The notes: a model not told the origin generated them from the sequence alone. Positions 1 through 10,325 are shown, numbered from the stretch's first letter. The stretch is DNA of 64,000 bases from Fidelibacterota bacterium (GCA_018657495.1 JABHXA010000001.1:39832-103831); one strand, 5' to 3'. Numbers and translations are program-made.

Positions 1-2049
1 GGTGGCGTTCATTCAAATTCTGGCATCCCAAATAAGGCCTTTCAAATGATGGTTGAAGGAGGCCTCCATTATGGTATTGAAGTTGAACCATTTGATATGG
101 ACCTTGATATATCCAGAGGAATAGCTGCTGATATATGGCATATTTGGAACACACAGTATCTCACACCAAACGATAACTTCTTAAGCGGGGCTTTTAAAAT
201 GCTGGATGTTTGCAATGATGTTTTCTCGCAGCATCCCTATTATTTTGATACTGCTTATGCCGGATGGTTATCCGTCGGTATTGACATTTATGCTGTTGAT
301 CTTGCCCTGACCGATGAGTTGATTTTAATCTCAAACGGGGATGACGATTCAGTAATTAACCCAGGTGAGTCATTTGATTTACATCCCATGATCACAAATA
401 TTGGGGTTAATCCAGCCACAGATGTATCAGCGTCAATAAGTTGTCTGAACGAAGGTGTTAACATTCTTGAAGATGAAATGGAATACGGATATATCGGGGT
501 AGACGAATCTGCTTATCCAACAGGATCTGGATTTCAGTTTGAATTAAACGATGATATATTGATGGGAGATCCGGGATGCACAATAACTGTCTCTGCAGTG
601 AATGTTTCCGGCCAGATAGATTCATTTGAATTTCCCTTATCATTGTTTGTGTCACTTTATCAGGAAAACTGGCCTATGATTGGTGATTTCCCAGTACAAA
701 CATCACCTGCAGTAGTGCATTATCAACAGGATGAACCATATTCCGAAATTTTCTTTGGAGATAATAATGGCTCATTCTATGGTCTGTCTAATGATGGAAA
801 TATTCTGGATAACTGGCCATATGATACTGGAGATGATATATGGGGTTCTGCAGCTATTGCAGATATTGATCTTGATGGCGAGCTGGAAATTGTCATTGGC
901 TCAAAAAATAAACATCTTTATATATTCAATACCTCCGGCGACATGTTATTGAATTTAAATATTAATAAATACATCATGGCTACCCCCGCTATTGGCAATT
1001 TGGATGATGATGATGAGCTGGAAATTGTCATTGGTACTTATGGAAGTCAAACAAGCTCAAATCAAATAATCGCTATAAATCCAGACGGATCTGCAGTTGA
1101 GGGATTCCCCGTCACTATTGTAGAAAAAATTCAAAAAGGCGCAGCACTTGCTGATTTCAATGGCAATGGAAAGATGGATATCGTCGTTGGTACGGATAGC
1201 GAGAATATCTACCTGGTTTATGATGACGGCTCAATTGCACCAGGATTCCCATTTACTGATGCCGGTGGTGACTTCAGGCAGGCGCCATCAATAATAAAAA
1301 CACATAATGATGAGCTGATCATCCTTGCCGGTTCAAAGGATGATAACTTTTATGGTATCAATTCTGACGGAACCACCAGATTTACTATTGAAACCGGTGG
1401 AAATATTTCAACGTCTTGTGGTTTCTTAGATGACCCGGACCTGGGATTAATTGTTTTATTTGGTTCTGACGATGGCTATTTATACGCAGTTAATCCAGAT
1501 GGGGCTGCTATTACAGGATGGCCAATAAATCTTAATTCTCCAGTAACTTCAACACCTTCGATTGCCGATTTGAATAATGATGGAATTCCTGAAATAATTA
1601 CCGGTACTAACGCAGGAGAAATACATATTTTTGATTTATATGGAAATATATACCAGAACTTCCCATTTGATTATCAACATCCTATCTATGGGGCTCCGGC
1701 AATTTCAGACACTGATGGCGATGGTGATCTGGAAATACTGATCGGTGCTTTAGATGGAATGATCAACCTGGATATAAAGGGTGAAGGATCTGTGGATGAT
1801 TATTGGAATCTCTTTCGCGGTAGCCTTACCCGCACCGGTTATTTTGAACCATCATCTCTGGATATTCAACCTGGCGATGTAAATGATGACCAAATTGTCG
1901 ACGTCCTGGATGTTGTAATTATCATCAATTTTGTCATGGGTAATACTACACCAGATCAACATCAGTTTGAAGCCAGTGATTTGAATGAAGATGGCATAAT
2001 TGATATTCTGGATATTGTCATGCTCATAGCAATTATCATGGGATCCTGA
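1..2049 (+). CDS. Secreted multidomain protein, 5'-truncated by the window edge: end of an M4 (thermolysin-like) peptidase domain + FG-GAP/VCBS repeats + C-terminal dockerin
   Basis: Frame 1 is open from nt 1 (GGVHSNSGIPNKAFQ matches the thermolysin-family GGVHxNSGIxNKA motif) and is continuous with the 46..2049 ORF. Repeats include DLDGELEIVIGS, DDDDELEIVIGT, DFNGNGKMDIVVGT, DLNNDGIPEIITGT and DTDGDGDLEILIGA. The last ~60 aa carry a duplicated Ca-binding segment (GDVNDDQIVDVLDVV / SDLNEDGIIDILDIV) typical of dockerins. TGA stop at 2047-2049. Confidence 0.8.
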   Translation, partial: GGVHSNSGIPNKAFQMMVEGGLHYGIEVEPFDMDLDISRGIAADIWHIWNTQYLTPNDNFLSGAFKMLDVCNDVFSQHPYYFDTAYAGWLSVGIDIYAVDLALTDELILISNGDDDSVINPGESFDLHPMITNIGVNPATDVSASISCLNEGVNILEDEMEYGYIGVDESAYPTGSGFQFELNDDILMGDPGCTITVSAVNVSGQIDSFEFPLSLFVSLYQENWPMIGDFPVQTSPAVVHYQQDEPYSEIFFGDNNGSFYGLSNDGNILDNWPYDTGDDIWGSAAIADIDLDGELEIVIGSKNKHLYIFNTSGDMLLNLNINKYIMATPAIGNLDDDDELEIVIGTYGSQTSSNQIIAINPDGSAVEGFPVTIVEKIQKGAALADFNGNGKMDIVVGTDSENIYLVYDDGSIAPGFPFTDAGGDFRQAPSIIKTHNDELIILAGSKDDNFYGINSDGTTRFTIETGGNISTSCGFLDDPDLGLIVLFGSDDGYLYAVNPDGAAITGWPINLNSPVTSTPSIADLNNDGIPEIITGTNAGEIHIFDLYGNIYQNFPFDYQHPIYGAPAISDTDGDGDLEILIGALDGMINLDIKGEGSVDDYWNLFRGSLTRTGYFEPSSLDIQPGDVNDDQIVDVLDVVIIINFVMGNTTPDQHQFEASDLNEDGIIDILDIVMLIAIIMGS

Positions 2050-2065
2050 CGATGGATTGAAGATG

Positions 2066-2103
2066 AAAGCCGCATACAATCAAATAATTCTGTGTACGGC
2101 TTT
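2066..2103 (+). terminator. Hairpin downstream of the dockerin protein gene (possible terminator, no clear U-tract)
   Basis: AAAGCCG (2066-2072) pairs with CGGCTTT (2097-2103). The stem is extended by AUACA (2074-2078) pairing with UGUGU (2091-2095), including one G-U pair, around a 12-nt loop. No run of T follows beyond the TTT inside the stem. Confidence 0.3.
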
Positions 2104-2190
2104 GCATAGCTGGATGATTTTCTACCTGAGCCAATATTTCATACCATTCGAATTTGAATAGTTTATTTAAATTTAGCATCCGGATATGGT

Positions 2191-3597
2191 TTGAAATTAA
2201 AATATAAAATATTATCCCTCGTTCTTGGAATTCTAATTGTGTCTCTCACAGCGTTGTCACTACCATTATATTGGTATTCACGCAGCGCAATAGAAGATGA
2301 ATTAGATAAACACTTTTTGAGTGTACTGCAAATCACCGAAAATATACTCGATAAAAAATTATTGTCATCTTTGGTCCAAGAACCATCCTTGCATACCGTT
2401 CGGGAAAAACTAGAGTCGCAATTAAATTTATTATTAACTCAAAAAATCCAGGGATTAGCCATATACACATTAGATGGATATGAACTGGTCTCAGCAGGTA
2501 GAATGGTTTCTCAGAAACCAATTATAAAAACCCTGTTGAGTAAATCAGATGAATCCTTTCAAAATGATCCCTCCTTTGTTTCAGATTTATACAGGTTAAG
2601 TAATTCTGATTACATAAAAGTGGCATATTTAAATATAATCGTTAATGAAAAGACATCCATAGCATTGGTAGCCTCAAGCGATGCAGAGTTTATGATTTAT
2701 ATAGATCAATTACGCGGAAGTATTTTTTGGATTGTAATTGTTGCTGTATTTATTGCCCTGAGCTTTGCAGCGGCATTTTCAAAATCTTTACTCTTACCTT
2801 TTTTGAAACTATCCGACTATGCAAATGCTATCCAAAAGAATATTAATACTAAAAAAATCAAACTTGGTCGCCGAGATGAATTTGGTGACCTAAATGAAGC
2901 ATTAATTGAGATGCACGATGAAATTAGAAATACCGATAGAAAGAATAAACAATTTCTCGCCGATGTAGCCCACGAAATAAAAAATCCCCTTGGTGGTATC
3001 GAGTTGTATCTTGGACTTGTTAGCGAAGAATTAAAAGAAGACTCCAATGAGAACGAGTATATAAAAAAAATAAAAACCGAATTCCGTAACCTAAAACAAA
3101 TTGTATCTTCATATTTGGATTATTCCCGTCCAACAAAAATTGATTTAGTTTCCTTATCATTGAATTCAATTATTGAGGACGTCCACCGCCTGGTAGAACA
3201 GGATATGAAACAAAGAAATTTACAATTTGAGCTAATTGGTGAAGGCAGTCTCATTGGAGATGAATCAAAGCTGAGAAGAGTCATTCTGAATCTTATTAAA
3301 AATAGCATAGATGCAGTTGAAGATGACCTTGGCAGGATATCTGTAGAAATAGTAACTTCACCGAATCAGACTCAAATCAAATTTTCAGATAATGGTATTG
3401 GTATTCATAAAACGGATTATGACAAGATTTTTGAACCATATCACACTACCCATGAAAATGGATTTGGATTGGGATTATCAATAGTCAAAAACATTGTTGA
3501 GGAGATGTCTGGCACAGTTTTTATTGATAGTACAGTTAATGTGGGAACGCAGATTGTGATAACATTGCCCAAAAAAGAAAATGACAAAAAAAGATAA
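2191..3597 (+). CDS. Membrane sensor histidine kinase
   Basis: TTG start. N-terminal TM, a second TM (IFWIVIVAVFIALSFAAAF) and a HAMP-like linker. H-box FLADVAHEIKNPLGGI, N-box LIKNSIDAV, G-boxes DNGIGI and GFGLGLSIVK. Confidence 0.9.
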   Translation: MKLKYKILSLVLGILIVSLTALSLPLYWYSRSAIEDELDKHFLSVLQITENILDKKLLSSLVQEPSLHTVREKLESQLNLLLTQKIQGLAIYTLDGYELVSAGRMVSQKPIIKTLLSKSDESFQNDPSFVSDLYRLSNSDYIKVAYLNIIVNEKTSIALVASSDAEFMIYIDQLRGSIFWIVIVAVFIALSFAAAFSKSLLLPFLKLSDYANAIQKNINTKKIKLGRRDEFGDLNEALIEMHDEIRNTDRKNKQFLADVAHEIKNPLGGIELYLGLVSEELKEDSNENEYIKKIKTEFRNLKQIVSSYLDYSRPTKIDLVSLSLNSIIEDVHRLVEQDMKQRNLQFELIGEGSLIGDESKLRRVILNLIKNSIDAVEDDLGRISVEIVTSPNQTQIKFSDNGIGIHKTDYDKIFEPYHTTHENGFGLGLSIVKNIVEEMSGTVFIDSTVNVGTQIVITLPKKENDKKR

Positions 3598-4939
3598 AAT
3601 CAAACTCCTTGTAATCGAAGATGATAATACTATGCGCCAGGGCATCCAGACCGTGCTTGGTAAAAGCGGTTATGATGTAATTGCTGCAAAGAATGGGTAT
3701 GAAGGTGTGAGACTATTTTCTGAAGAACATCCTGACCTGGTCATTTCAGATTTAAAACTACCCGGTAAAAATGGCATGGAGCTTCTAAAAGAATTTTTAG
3801 AAAAACGACCCAAGACCATCATGATTATAATTTCAGCTTACGGCACAATTGATCTTGCTGTAAATGCCCTAAAACTCGGTGCAAAGGATTTTATAACAAA
3901 ACCATTTACGGTTGATGAGTTAAGAACAAAGGTGAAACATGTCCTGGAAGAAAATCCAATAATAAAACCGATGAACAGTTATGAGTCCAAGTCTACCTTT
4001 CATGGCTTAGTTGGAAATTCACTTGAGTCTCAAAACCTTAACAAACAAATTACCCAGGTAGCAAAAGTAACCAGCGCTGTTTTGATTACCGGTGAAAGCG
4101 GTACGGGGAAAGAATTGATTGCCCGGGCTATTCATATAGAAAGTAATCGAAAACATAAATTATTTCTTGCAATTAATTGCAGCGCCCTTACCGAGTCGTT
4201 ACTGGAAAGTGAATTATTTGGTCACGAAAAAGGTGCCTTCACCGGGGCTGTTAAACTCCATCGAGGACTATTTGAACATGCTGACGGAGGAACTCTTTTC
4301 CTTGACGAAGTTGGTGATATCTCACAGAGAACTCAGGCAAAACTATTGCGGGTATTGCAGCAGAAAACATTCCAGAGAGTCGGTGGTACTGAAGAAATTA
4401 AAACAAATGTAAAAATCATCGCCGCCACCAATAAAGATTTGAAAAAAGCCATACAAAATAAAGAATTCAGGGAAGATTTATATTTTCGACTGAATGTACT
4501 TCCCCTACATGCTTTGCCGTTAAGGGAACGACGGGATGATATTCCACTTCTGATAGATTATATTAATGAAAAAAAAGCCCTGGAACTACAGGTTAAAATG
4601 CGTCAATGGAGTCCCAAAGCGATGGAGAAAATACAACAATACCCATGGCCGGGCAATGTCCGTGAATTAGAAAATTTTCTCGAAAGAGTGTTAATTTTTG
4701 CCCATGAAGAAATAATAACAGAAACAGAGATTTACTTCGATATGATCGAGTCTGAACCCCATTTAAAAAAAGGATCCTTGACGGATGTTTTAGATGATAC
4801 AGAGTATAAAATGATTAAAGATGCATTAAAAAAGACCGGGGGCATTAAACAAAGGGCAGCCAGATTATTAGGTATAAAAACCAGCACTCTTTATTATAAA
4901 ATGGAAAAATTTGGCATTGAAATTAATGATGATATATAA
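3581..4939 (+). CDS. Sigma-54-dependent response regulator (NtrC/AtoC family)
   Basis: Receiver domain (LLVIEDD...SDLKLPG...K), AAA+ Walker [15 protein letters not shown] motif (EKGAFTGAV), Walker B LFLDEVG, C-terminal Fis-type HTH ([18 protein letters not shown]). Overlaps the kinase gene by 17 nt. Confidence 0.95.
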   Translation: MTKKDKIKLLVIEDDNTMRQGIQTVLGKSGYDVIAAKNGYEGVRLFSEEHPDLVISDLKLPGKNGMELLKEFLEKRPKTIMIIISAYGTIDLAVNALKLGAKDFITKPFTVDELRTKVKHVLEENPIIKPMNSYESKSTFHGLVGNSLESQNLNKQITQVAKVTSAVLITGESGTGKELIARAIHIESNRKHKLFLAINCSALTESLLESELFGHEKGAFTGAVKLHRGLFEHADGGTLFLDEVGDISQRTQAKLLRVLQQKTFQRVGGTEEIKTNVKIIAATNKDLKKAIQNKEFREDLYFRLNVLPLHALPLRERRDDIPLLIDYINEKKALELQVKMRQWSPKAMEKIQQYPWPGNVRELENFLERVLIFAHEEIITETEIYFDMIESEPHLKKGSLTDVLDDTEYKMIKDALKKTGGIKQRAARLLGIKTSTLYYKMEKFGIEINDDI

Positions 4940-4977
4940 TCCCAATAATCCACTAATCAACATTAGAATCCACTTAT

Positions 4978-5892
4978 TTGAAGATTAATAAACATACTTT
5001 TATCATTTTTATAGTTTGCTTTTCTTTTTCATGGATGCAATCCCTGGAGGATGAATGGGGGAAATATTTATCCATCAATAGTAAACTGCAGGTTGCAATT
5101 AGCAAAAATCAAAAGCTGAATATAAATAAAGAATCTCTGTTTATAAAAAAGCAGGAAATTAAACAAAATCAAGCCTGGTATAATGGCTGGATCAGCGAAA
5201 TTAAACTTACCAATATCAATAATTCTTTAGTGGAAATATCAGATTCTCTTATCGTTATCCAAAACAGAATAGAAACGCTTCAAGACACCAAAAATACTTC
5301 AATGCAAATTATCAAGGATAAATACAACACCTACATGCTCATAGCCGATGCCCCAAGCATGGAAGAGAATAGACTAGAATTTGTCATAAATTTGTCCAAG
5401 CTTCTTGATGTTAGCGGATTTAACTCACTTCCTCTCCCCGACTACAATTCGTTGATAAAAAATATCTGGAGTGATAAAAAAATGAAACAATTAATCTATG
5501 ATGATCTCCTTTTGATATTACATTCTAAATTAAGTTATATTGATTCCATTTTGGTCGAAAAAGAAAAGGATCTTACTTTGCTAAAGAATATACAGGACTT
5601 CCATAGTGATGTAGATTTGCAATTAAGTTCTGATAATGATATCATTTCCACAAATCTAGGTGAGGAGTATCTCTCCGATATAATTGAAGATGATGAGTCT
5701 TTTATTGATTTTGATGCCGTTATTACAGATATACAAGTTATGGAAAATTCTCATTTGTCGCCATCGGAAAATGTAAAGTCTCTATCCTTAACACCCCAAA
5801 ATAATATTGAAAGAGATGTATTGTTACTTGCACATAAACGCCTTCAATATAAGATTCTCATTGATGAGATGATGAATGAGCTTTCGCAATAA
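4978..5892 (+). CDS. Hypothetical secreted protein, probably coiled-coil
   Basis: TTG start and N-terminal hydrophobic signal (FIIFIVCFSFSWMQS). Long K/E/Q/L-rich heptad-like stretches with an acidic C-terminal half. No recognisable catalytic motif. Confidence 0.55.
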   Translation: MKINKHTFIIFIVCFSFSWMQSLEDEWGKYLSINSKLQVAISKNQKLNINKESLFIKKQEIKQNQAWYNGWISEIKLTNINNSLVEISDSLIVIQNRIETLQDTKNTSMQIIKDKYNTYMLIADAPSMEENRLEFVINLSKLLDVSGFNSLPLPDYNSLIKNIWSDKKMKQLIYDDLLLILHSKLSYIDSILVEKEKDLTLLKNIQDFHSDVDLQLSSDNDIISTNLGEEYLSDIIEDDESFIDFDAVITDIQVMENSHLSPSENVKSLSLTPQNNIERDVLLLAHKRLQYKILIDEMMNELSQ

Positions 5893-6931
5893 ATTAACAT
5901 TCTTCCTTCTTTTCGTTTTTTTATATTTCCCCCTATTATTGACATGCGCTTTTTCCGCCGAAGGACAATTACAGCTATCGTCCTATTATGACTCTAATGT
6001 TTTTGAATCAATAACTGGAGGTCTTGATAGTTACGGTTTTAAACTACACGGTAATCTCGGCCATGACTTTGAAATGAGTAATATCGCATTTTCGGCCAAT
6101 ATTTTGACACAAGCCATGTATGATCCCAGCAATAGTGAAGAGTCAAAAATGATCGTCAAATCAAATTTGATCTCAAGAATTTTGTTGACCAAATCAATAA
6201 TTAATACCTGGAAATTAACCCACTTTCAAAAAAAATTCTCAGAAAATTCCAGTTCTTATTCAAAAACGGATATCTCTACTTTTCTAAATAACCATATCAC
6301 CAAAAATTACTCGGCATGGATTGGTCTCAGACATAATTATTCAACGTACAGCATTCCCGATACTTTTAGATTTAATATCTCCACCATTGAATTGGGCAAT
6401 CTCATTAATTTTAATAAAAACGTTTCTCTTGAAGGTATCCTCTCCTATAATTATACCGACCATAAGGATCTTTTTGCAATTGACCATGGAACTGATTCAG
6501 AGCTTATCGACGGAACCTCATTGCAGCGAGATAAGGGATTAAAAGCAAATATCCACATCAAGTATCATGGAAAGAACATATTAGGGTGGTCCATTGCAGG
6601 TGAAACAATAGACTCCAACAGTTTAATATCCTCCAATCGAACATACAGTTCTCGATTATATCTTTCAGGACCCTGGTTAAAAAAAACATACTATCATTTT
6701 TTATTGAAAGTGATGAAAAAAAAATATTCACATATTAACACAGCTGGATTTAGCAGCCTGAGGGATCCTGAAACAGCAACATTGAATCAAATGCATATTC
6801 GCATTGAGCATATGCTGAAAAATGAAAATAGTATATATATTCAGCTGAATTTTCAAGAAAATGAGTCCATTTATAACTCTAAATATTTCTATAAAACTAC
6901 CATCGAAACCGGAATCAAGTACTCCTTTTAA
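5876..6931 (+). CDS. Hypothetical outer-membrane beta-barrel protein
   Basis: Signal peptide with AFS-AEG cleavage-like site. Alternating hydrophobic/polar strands rich in Y/S/N. C-terminal ...IETGIKYSF ends in Phe, as in OMP beta-signals. Overlaps the upstream gene by 17 nt. Confidence 0.6.
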   Translation: MSFRNKLTFFLLFVFLYFPLLLTCAFSAEGQLQLSSYYDSNVFESITGGLDSYGFKLHGNLGHDFEMSNIAFSANILTQAMYDPSNSEESKMIVKSNLISRILLTKSIINTWKLTHFQKKFSENSSSYSKTDISTFLNNHITKNYSAWIGLRHNYSTYSIPDTFRFNISTIELGNLINFNKNVSLEGILSYNYTDHKDLFAIDHGTDSELIDGTSLQRDKGLKANIHIKYHGKNILGWSIAGETIDSNSLISSNRTYSSRLYLSGPWLKKTYYHFLLKVMKKKYSHINTAGFSSLRDPETATLNQMHIRIEHMLKNENSIYIQLNFQENESIYNSKYFYKTTIETGIKYSF

Positions 6932-7113
6932 TTATTTTATCTTTAACAATTAGTTTCAGAATTCTGAGGAAACCATCAGTTTTCTGAAACTCATCAGGAG
7001 GTTTTCACTTTCTGGTTATATTTTTTTTATTTCCTTAAATTCGTGAACGGCATGTCATCAAATCCTCAATAATTTTCCTGATAATTCCTCTATCAAAATC
7101 TAAATTTCTAAAA

Positions 7114-7129
7114 TGGTATATCATTTGTC
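7114..7129 (+). promoter_or_regulatory. Weak candidate sigma-54 (-24/-12) promoter
   Basis: TGGTATATCATTTGTC has GG and TTG at the canonical spacing of TGGCAC-N5-TTGC, but three consensus C positions are T. It lies ~45 nt upstream of the ATG at 7171, downstream of a sigma-54 activator gene. Confidence 0.25.
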
Positions 7130-7170
7130 AACTTGTCTGTAGTTAGATCATATATAACTACGGAGACGGA

Positions 7171-7602
7171 ATGAAAATTAAATCAACCTTACTATTCTTA
7201 TTATTACCAACCATGTTTTCAATATGTGATGAGTCAAATGCAAACAAACAAGAGGACCTATTTAATACTGAATGGCAATTATATAAATATAACGATAGTA
7301 CGGGCCCACTTGATATTCAACCGAGTGAAGGAGAAAGTTATACTTTAATCTTCCATGAGGATGGAATTATGGAAGCAACAGATGCATGTAATTATTGTAC
7401 AGGAATTTTTGAAATAGTAGATGGCGATTCATTAATAATTAATGAAGTTAGCTGTACTGAGATAGCATGCGCCAGTAGTAGTTGGATCGCCTCAATGAGT
7501 GGTTCATTTGTGTATAACTTATCAGGCTTTGGTTTAATTATTAGTAGAAACTCTGAATTGGACCATGATTCATATTCATATTTTTTTGAGGAGTTAAGAT
7601 GA
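7171..7602 (+). CDS. META/HslJ-like domain lipoprotein
   Basis: Signal peptide with lipobox-like MFSIC. The pattern W-x-L...DG...ACNYCTGIFEI..GDSLIINEVSCTEIAC resembles the META domain (GCN..G.Y....L.i....T.maC). Confidence 0.6.
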   Translation: MKIKSTLLFLLLPTMFSICDESNANKQEDLFNTEWQLYKYNDSTGPLDIQPSEGESYTLIFHEDGIMEATDACNYCTGIFEIVDGDSLIINEVSCTEIACASSSWIASMSGSFVYNLSGFGLIISRNSELDHDSYSYFFEELR

Positions 7603-9440
7603 AACACAAAATTCAATTTTTTGTCGCTTTTTTATTGTTACTGACCAAGGGTTTTGCCTGGTATCCTTCATATTCTGTCATGGCAACGGACTTTGTACTG
7701 CCCTATGATTTCATAAAACCGCTTACTATTCACCCAGTCGGACTCCAGGCGCTGGGACCTCATTTTTACAGTATTTATAACCATCCGGTAAGTAATGTAT
7801 TTCAAAACCCTGCCTATTTGAGCCTTGAGTCACAAAATTATATCTATTTCGATATCGCGGGAAGCGATAATGATAAAGACCGATCAAATAGTAATTCTAC
7901 CCCGGGGATATCATATGGGTATGATGACTTTTATTATATGCCTTATTACTGGTCTCCTTATCGATATGTTCATGAACCTGAAAATAGCGAACCCATTGCA
8001 AGATTTATATATTTGGGGAAACCGTATGGGGAAAACTCTCCAATCGGAATTGGCGGAACCATAGAATATTATTACGAGCAGGAGCAGTTTTATCAACCCC
8101 AATGGTATCATAATGGATGGTGGGAGATGGATGCATTAGGTAATTATTTTGACTCCGAATCCAGCGACCCGTATGGAGATTATCGGATAGCAGAATTTGG
8201 CAACAATAAATTAATGTCCAGTGGAATCCAGGCAAGCGCCATGATATCCTTTGATATACACAGCAAATTATCCCTCGGCTTGAGATTTACCATACTGGAT
8301 AAAAAAACAGATGGTGACTATGTCAATTTAAATTTTACCGACGAAAACGATTATTATGATAATTACTTGAATTATTCAGATACCAAGGCGAATCAAAATC
8401 AGGATTATAAGATGAATGACTATTCATTTGGCGTGATTTGGAACGAACCCGACAAGATGGTATTGGGTGGCTCTTTGGGGTATGTCACAGGTGAGATAGA
8501 ACGCGATTTTGTGGAAACAGATTCCACCTTTTATCACAGTTATCATTTTGAAGGACCGGACACAAACAATTATAGCCTTTATGATCGTTTCGGCGGTTCC
8601 AGATCTGATAAACAATGGAAATATGCTGGAAGTACCTCATATGGAAATCTAAATGGAGACTTTTTTCTCAATTCAGATATTACCTTGCGTTTAGCCATAT
8701 ACGGTGAAAAAAGAAAATCGGACTTAACTGAATCTGAAATAATGAGAAGAGATAATTACTACGGTTCACGATACTGGAATACATATACCGATACTGTACA
8801 TCGCTTTTTAAATATTTCGAATGTCAATTTTAGCCGCTATGGAACCGGTGACAATATTCATAAACGATTCAAGCTGAGTATAGGGGCTGATGTGATTGTT
8901 TCAACAAAAATCAGATTTATTGGCGGTGTAGTTGTGGATAACATTGATGTTGATATGGATGCCCATGAACCATTTATCGGTAGTAAGTATTCATATTCAG
9001 AAAGAGAAAATTACTCATATATAAATTGGCAATTACAAGAATCTACCCAAGATGAGGAAAAAGAATTCCATTGGTATCGTAATGAAGATTTCTTTACGGT
9101 TGCTATTCCAACTGGCATCATAGTGAAAGCCGGGAGCAATTTAGAATTTCAACTGGGTCTGACAAAAGTTATAAAGAAAATAGATATTAAAGAAGGATAT
9201 GACCTCATTGTATATGACGAATCTACCGTTACCATCCAGGATGGAGTTACAACGGTATCCTCTGATTCGTCATATGTTGAGGGGCATCTTTTCCCGGCGA
9301 CAAATGAGTTCATGAATGAATATGAAATGAATGCCGGCATTTCTTTCAAGTATAAAGAGTATTTCAAATTAACCTGTGCCCTAAAAGAGTCAATATTAGA
9401 GCCTAGTTATTACAAAATAGGGGTAGAGTTCATTTTTTAA
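7599..9440 (+). CDS. Hypothetical large outer-membrane beta-barrel protein
   Basis: ATGA overlap with the upstream gene. Signal peptide, an N-terminal ...NVFQNPAYL motif (NPA-type motif seen in many FCB/spirochaete OM barrels), extremely Y/D/N/G-rich, C-terminal ...YKIGVEFIF ending in Phe. Confidence 0.65.
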   Translation: MKHKIQFFVAFLLLLTKGFAWYPSYSVMATDFVLPYDFIKPLTIHPVGLQALGPHFYSIYNHPVSNVFQNPAYLSLESQNYIYFDIAGSDNDKDRSNSNSTPGISYGYDDFYYMPYYWSPYRYVHEPENSEPIARFIYLGKPYGENSPIGIGGTIEYYYEQEQFYQPQWYHNGWWEMDALGNYFDSESSDPYGDYRIAEFGNNKLMSSGIQASAMISFDIHSKLSLGLRFTILDKKTDGDYVNLNFTDENDYYDNYLNYSDTKANQNQDYKMNDYSFGVIWNEPDKMVLGGSLGYVTGEIERDFVETDSTFYHSYHFEGPDTNNYSLYDRFGGSRSDKQWKYAGSTSYGNLNGDFFLNSDITLRLAIYGEKRKSDLTESEIMRRDNYYGSRYWNTYTDTVHRFLNISNVNFSRYGTGDNIHKRFKLSIGADVIVSTKIRFIGGVVVDNIDVDMDAHEPFIGSKYSYSERENYSYINWQLQESTQDEEKEFHWYRNEDFFTVAIPTGIIVKAGSNLEFQLGLTKVIKKIDIKEGYDLIVYDESTVTIQDGVTTVSSDSSYVEGHLFPATNEFMNEYEMNAGISFKYKEYFKLTCALKESILEPSYYKIGVEFIF

Positions 9441-9506
9441 AATTTGAATCTGTTCATCATTAATATCATTCACATAATCAATCAATTTCTTAAGAAAGGT
9501 TCAATT

Positions 9507-9893
9507 ATGAAATTTATTATTTTAATACTGACAGCAACCATTTTTACTGCCTGCAATACATCAGATAGTCTTATGGAACCCAAACGGGGTCGTGAATTTG
9601 AAATTCAATACGGCCAGAGCATCACACTTGAGGATCAATCTCTAACTATAGAATTCACAATGGTTGAAAACGATTCTCGTTGTCCCCAGGGAGCACTCTG
9701 TTTTTGGGAAGGAAATGCCCGCATTGGCATTGAAGTGTCTCAATTTCCATTCTATCTAAATACATCCTTAGAACCAAGAGAGATTGATCATTTTGGTTTT
9801 AGGATTGAATTGATATCAGTCAATCCTTATCCAGTAGTCGATGAGAACATTAATCTTGAGGATTACCGTATTACACTTACTGTCAGTGAATAG
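9507..9893 (+). CDS. Hypothetical lipoprotein
   Basis: I prefer ATG 9507 (MKFIILILTATIFTACNT, lipobox, AAGAAAGG upstream) over the TTG at 9444 in the ORF track. No recognisable domain. Confidence 0.6.
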   Translation: MKFIILILTATIFTACNTSDSLMEPKRGREFEIQYGQSITLEDQSLTIEFTMVENDSRCPQGALCFWEGNARIGIEVSQFPFYLNTSLEPREIDHFGFRIELISVNPYPVVDENINLEDYRITLTVSE

Positions 9894-9935
9894 AAAATTC
9901 TGACTATTAAACCTTTTCTAGGGAGAATATGAAAT

Positions 9936-10325
9936 ATGAAAATAATGTTGATTATCTGTTCATTGTTATTAATATCGTGCAACAATACAATCAACGAACA
10001 TTCCGACAGTGTTGCCCCTTTAGGAAAATGGGGATTTATCGAATCAGATAGTACCAGGGATATTTATGAAAAGGTCGACGAATTTGATCAAGCTCAAGGG
10101 GGGTTCACTTTTGCTCAAAATGGTGTCTTTTATTTAAGATCTTTTGGGTTTTGCGGAACCCCACCCGTAGCGTATTATGATGTGGAAGGCGAATGGGAAT
10201 TGATTGATGATAGTTTATTCAGGATTACATATTCTGAAGATTGGTTTGAAACAAACAGTATAAACACCATTGAGATTGTATCCTTAAGCGAAAATGAGTT
10301 ACATATTATTTGGGACCATCTCTAA
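9936..10325 (+). CDS. Hypothetical lipoprotein (lipocalin-like size)
   Basis: Signal plus lipobox LLISCNN. GGAGAA lies upstream of the ATG. Confidence 0.6.
   Translation: MKIMLIICSLLLISCNNTINEHSDSVAPLGKWGFIESDSTRDIYEKVDEFDQAQGGFTFAQNGVFYLRSFGFCGTPPVAYYDVEGEWELIDDSLFRITYSEDWFETNSINTIEIVSLSENELHIIWDHL

Noticed and set aside
9444-9506. TTG start at 9444 for the lipoprotein gene
   Set aside because: The extension (MNLFIINIIHIINQFLKKGSI) precedes a perfect signal peptide and lipobox that begins at ATG 9507 with a purine-rich RBS. The shorter model is preferred.
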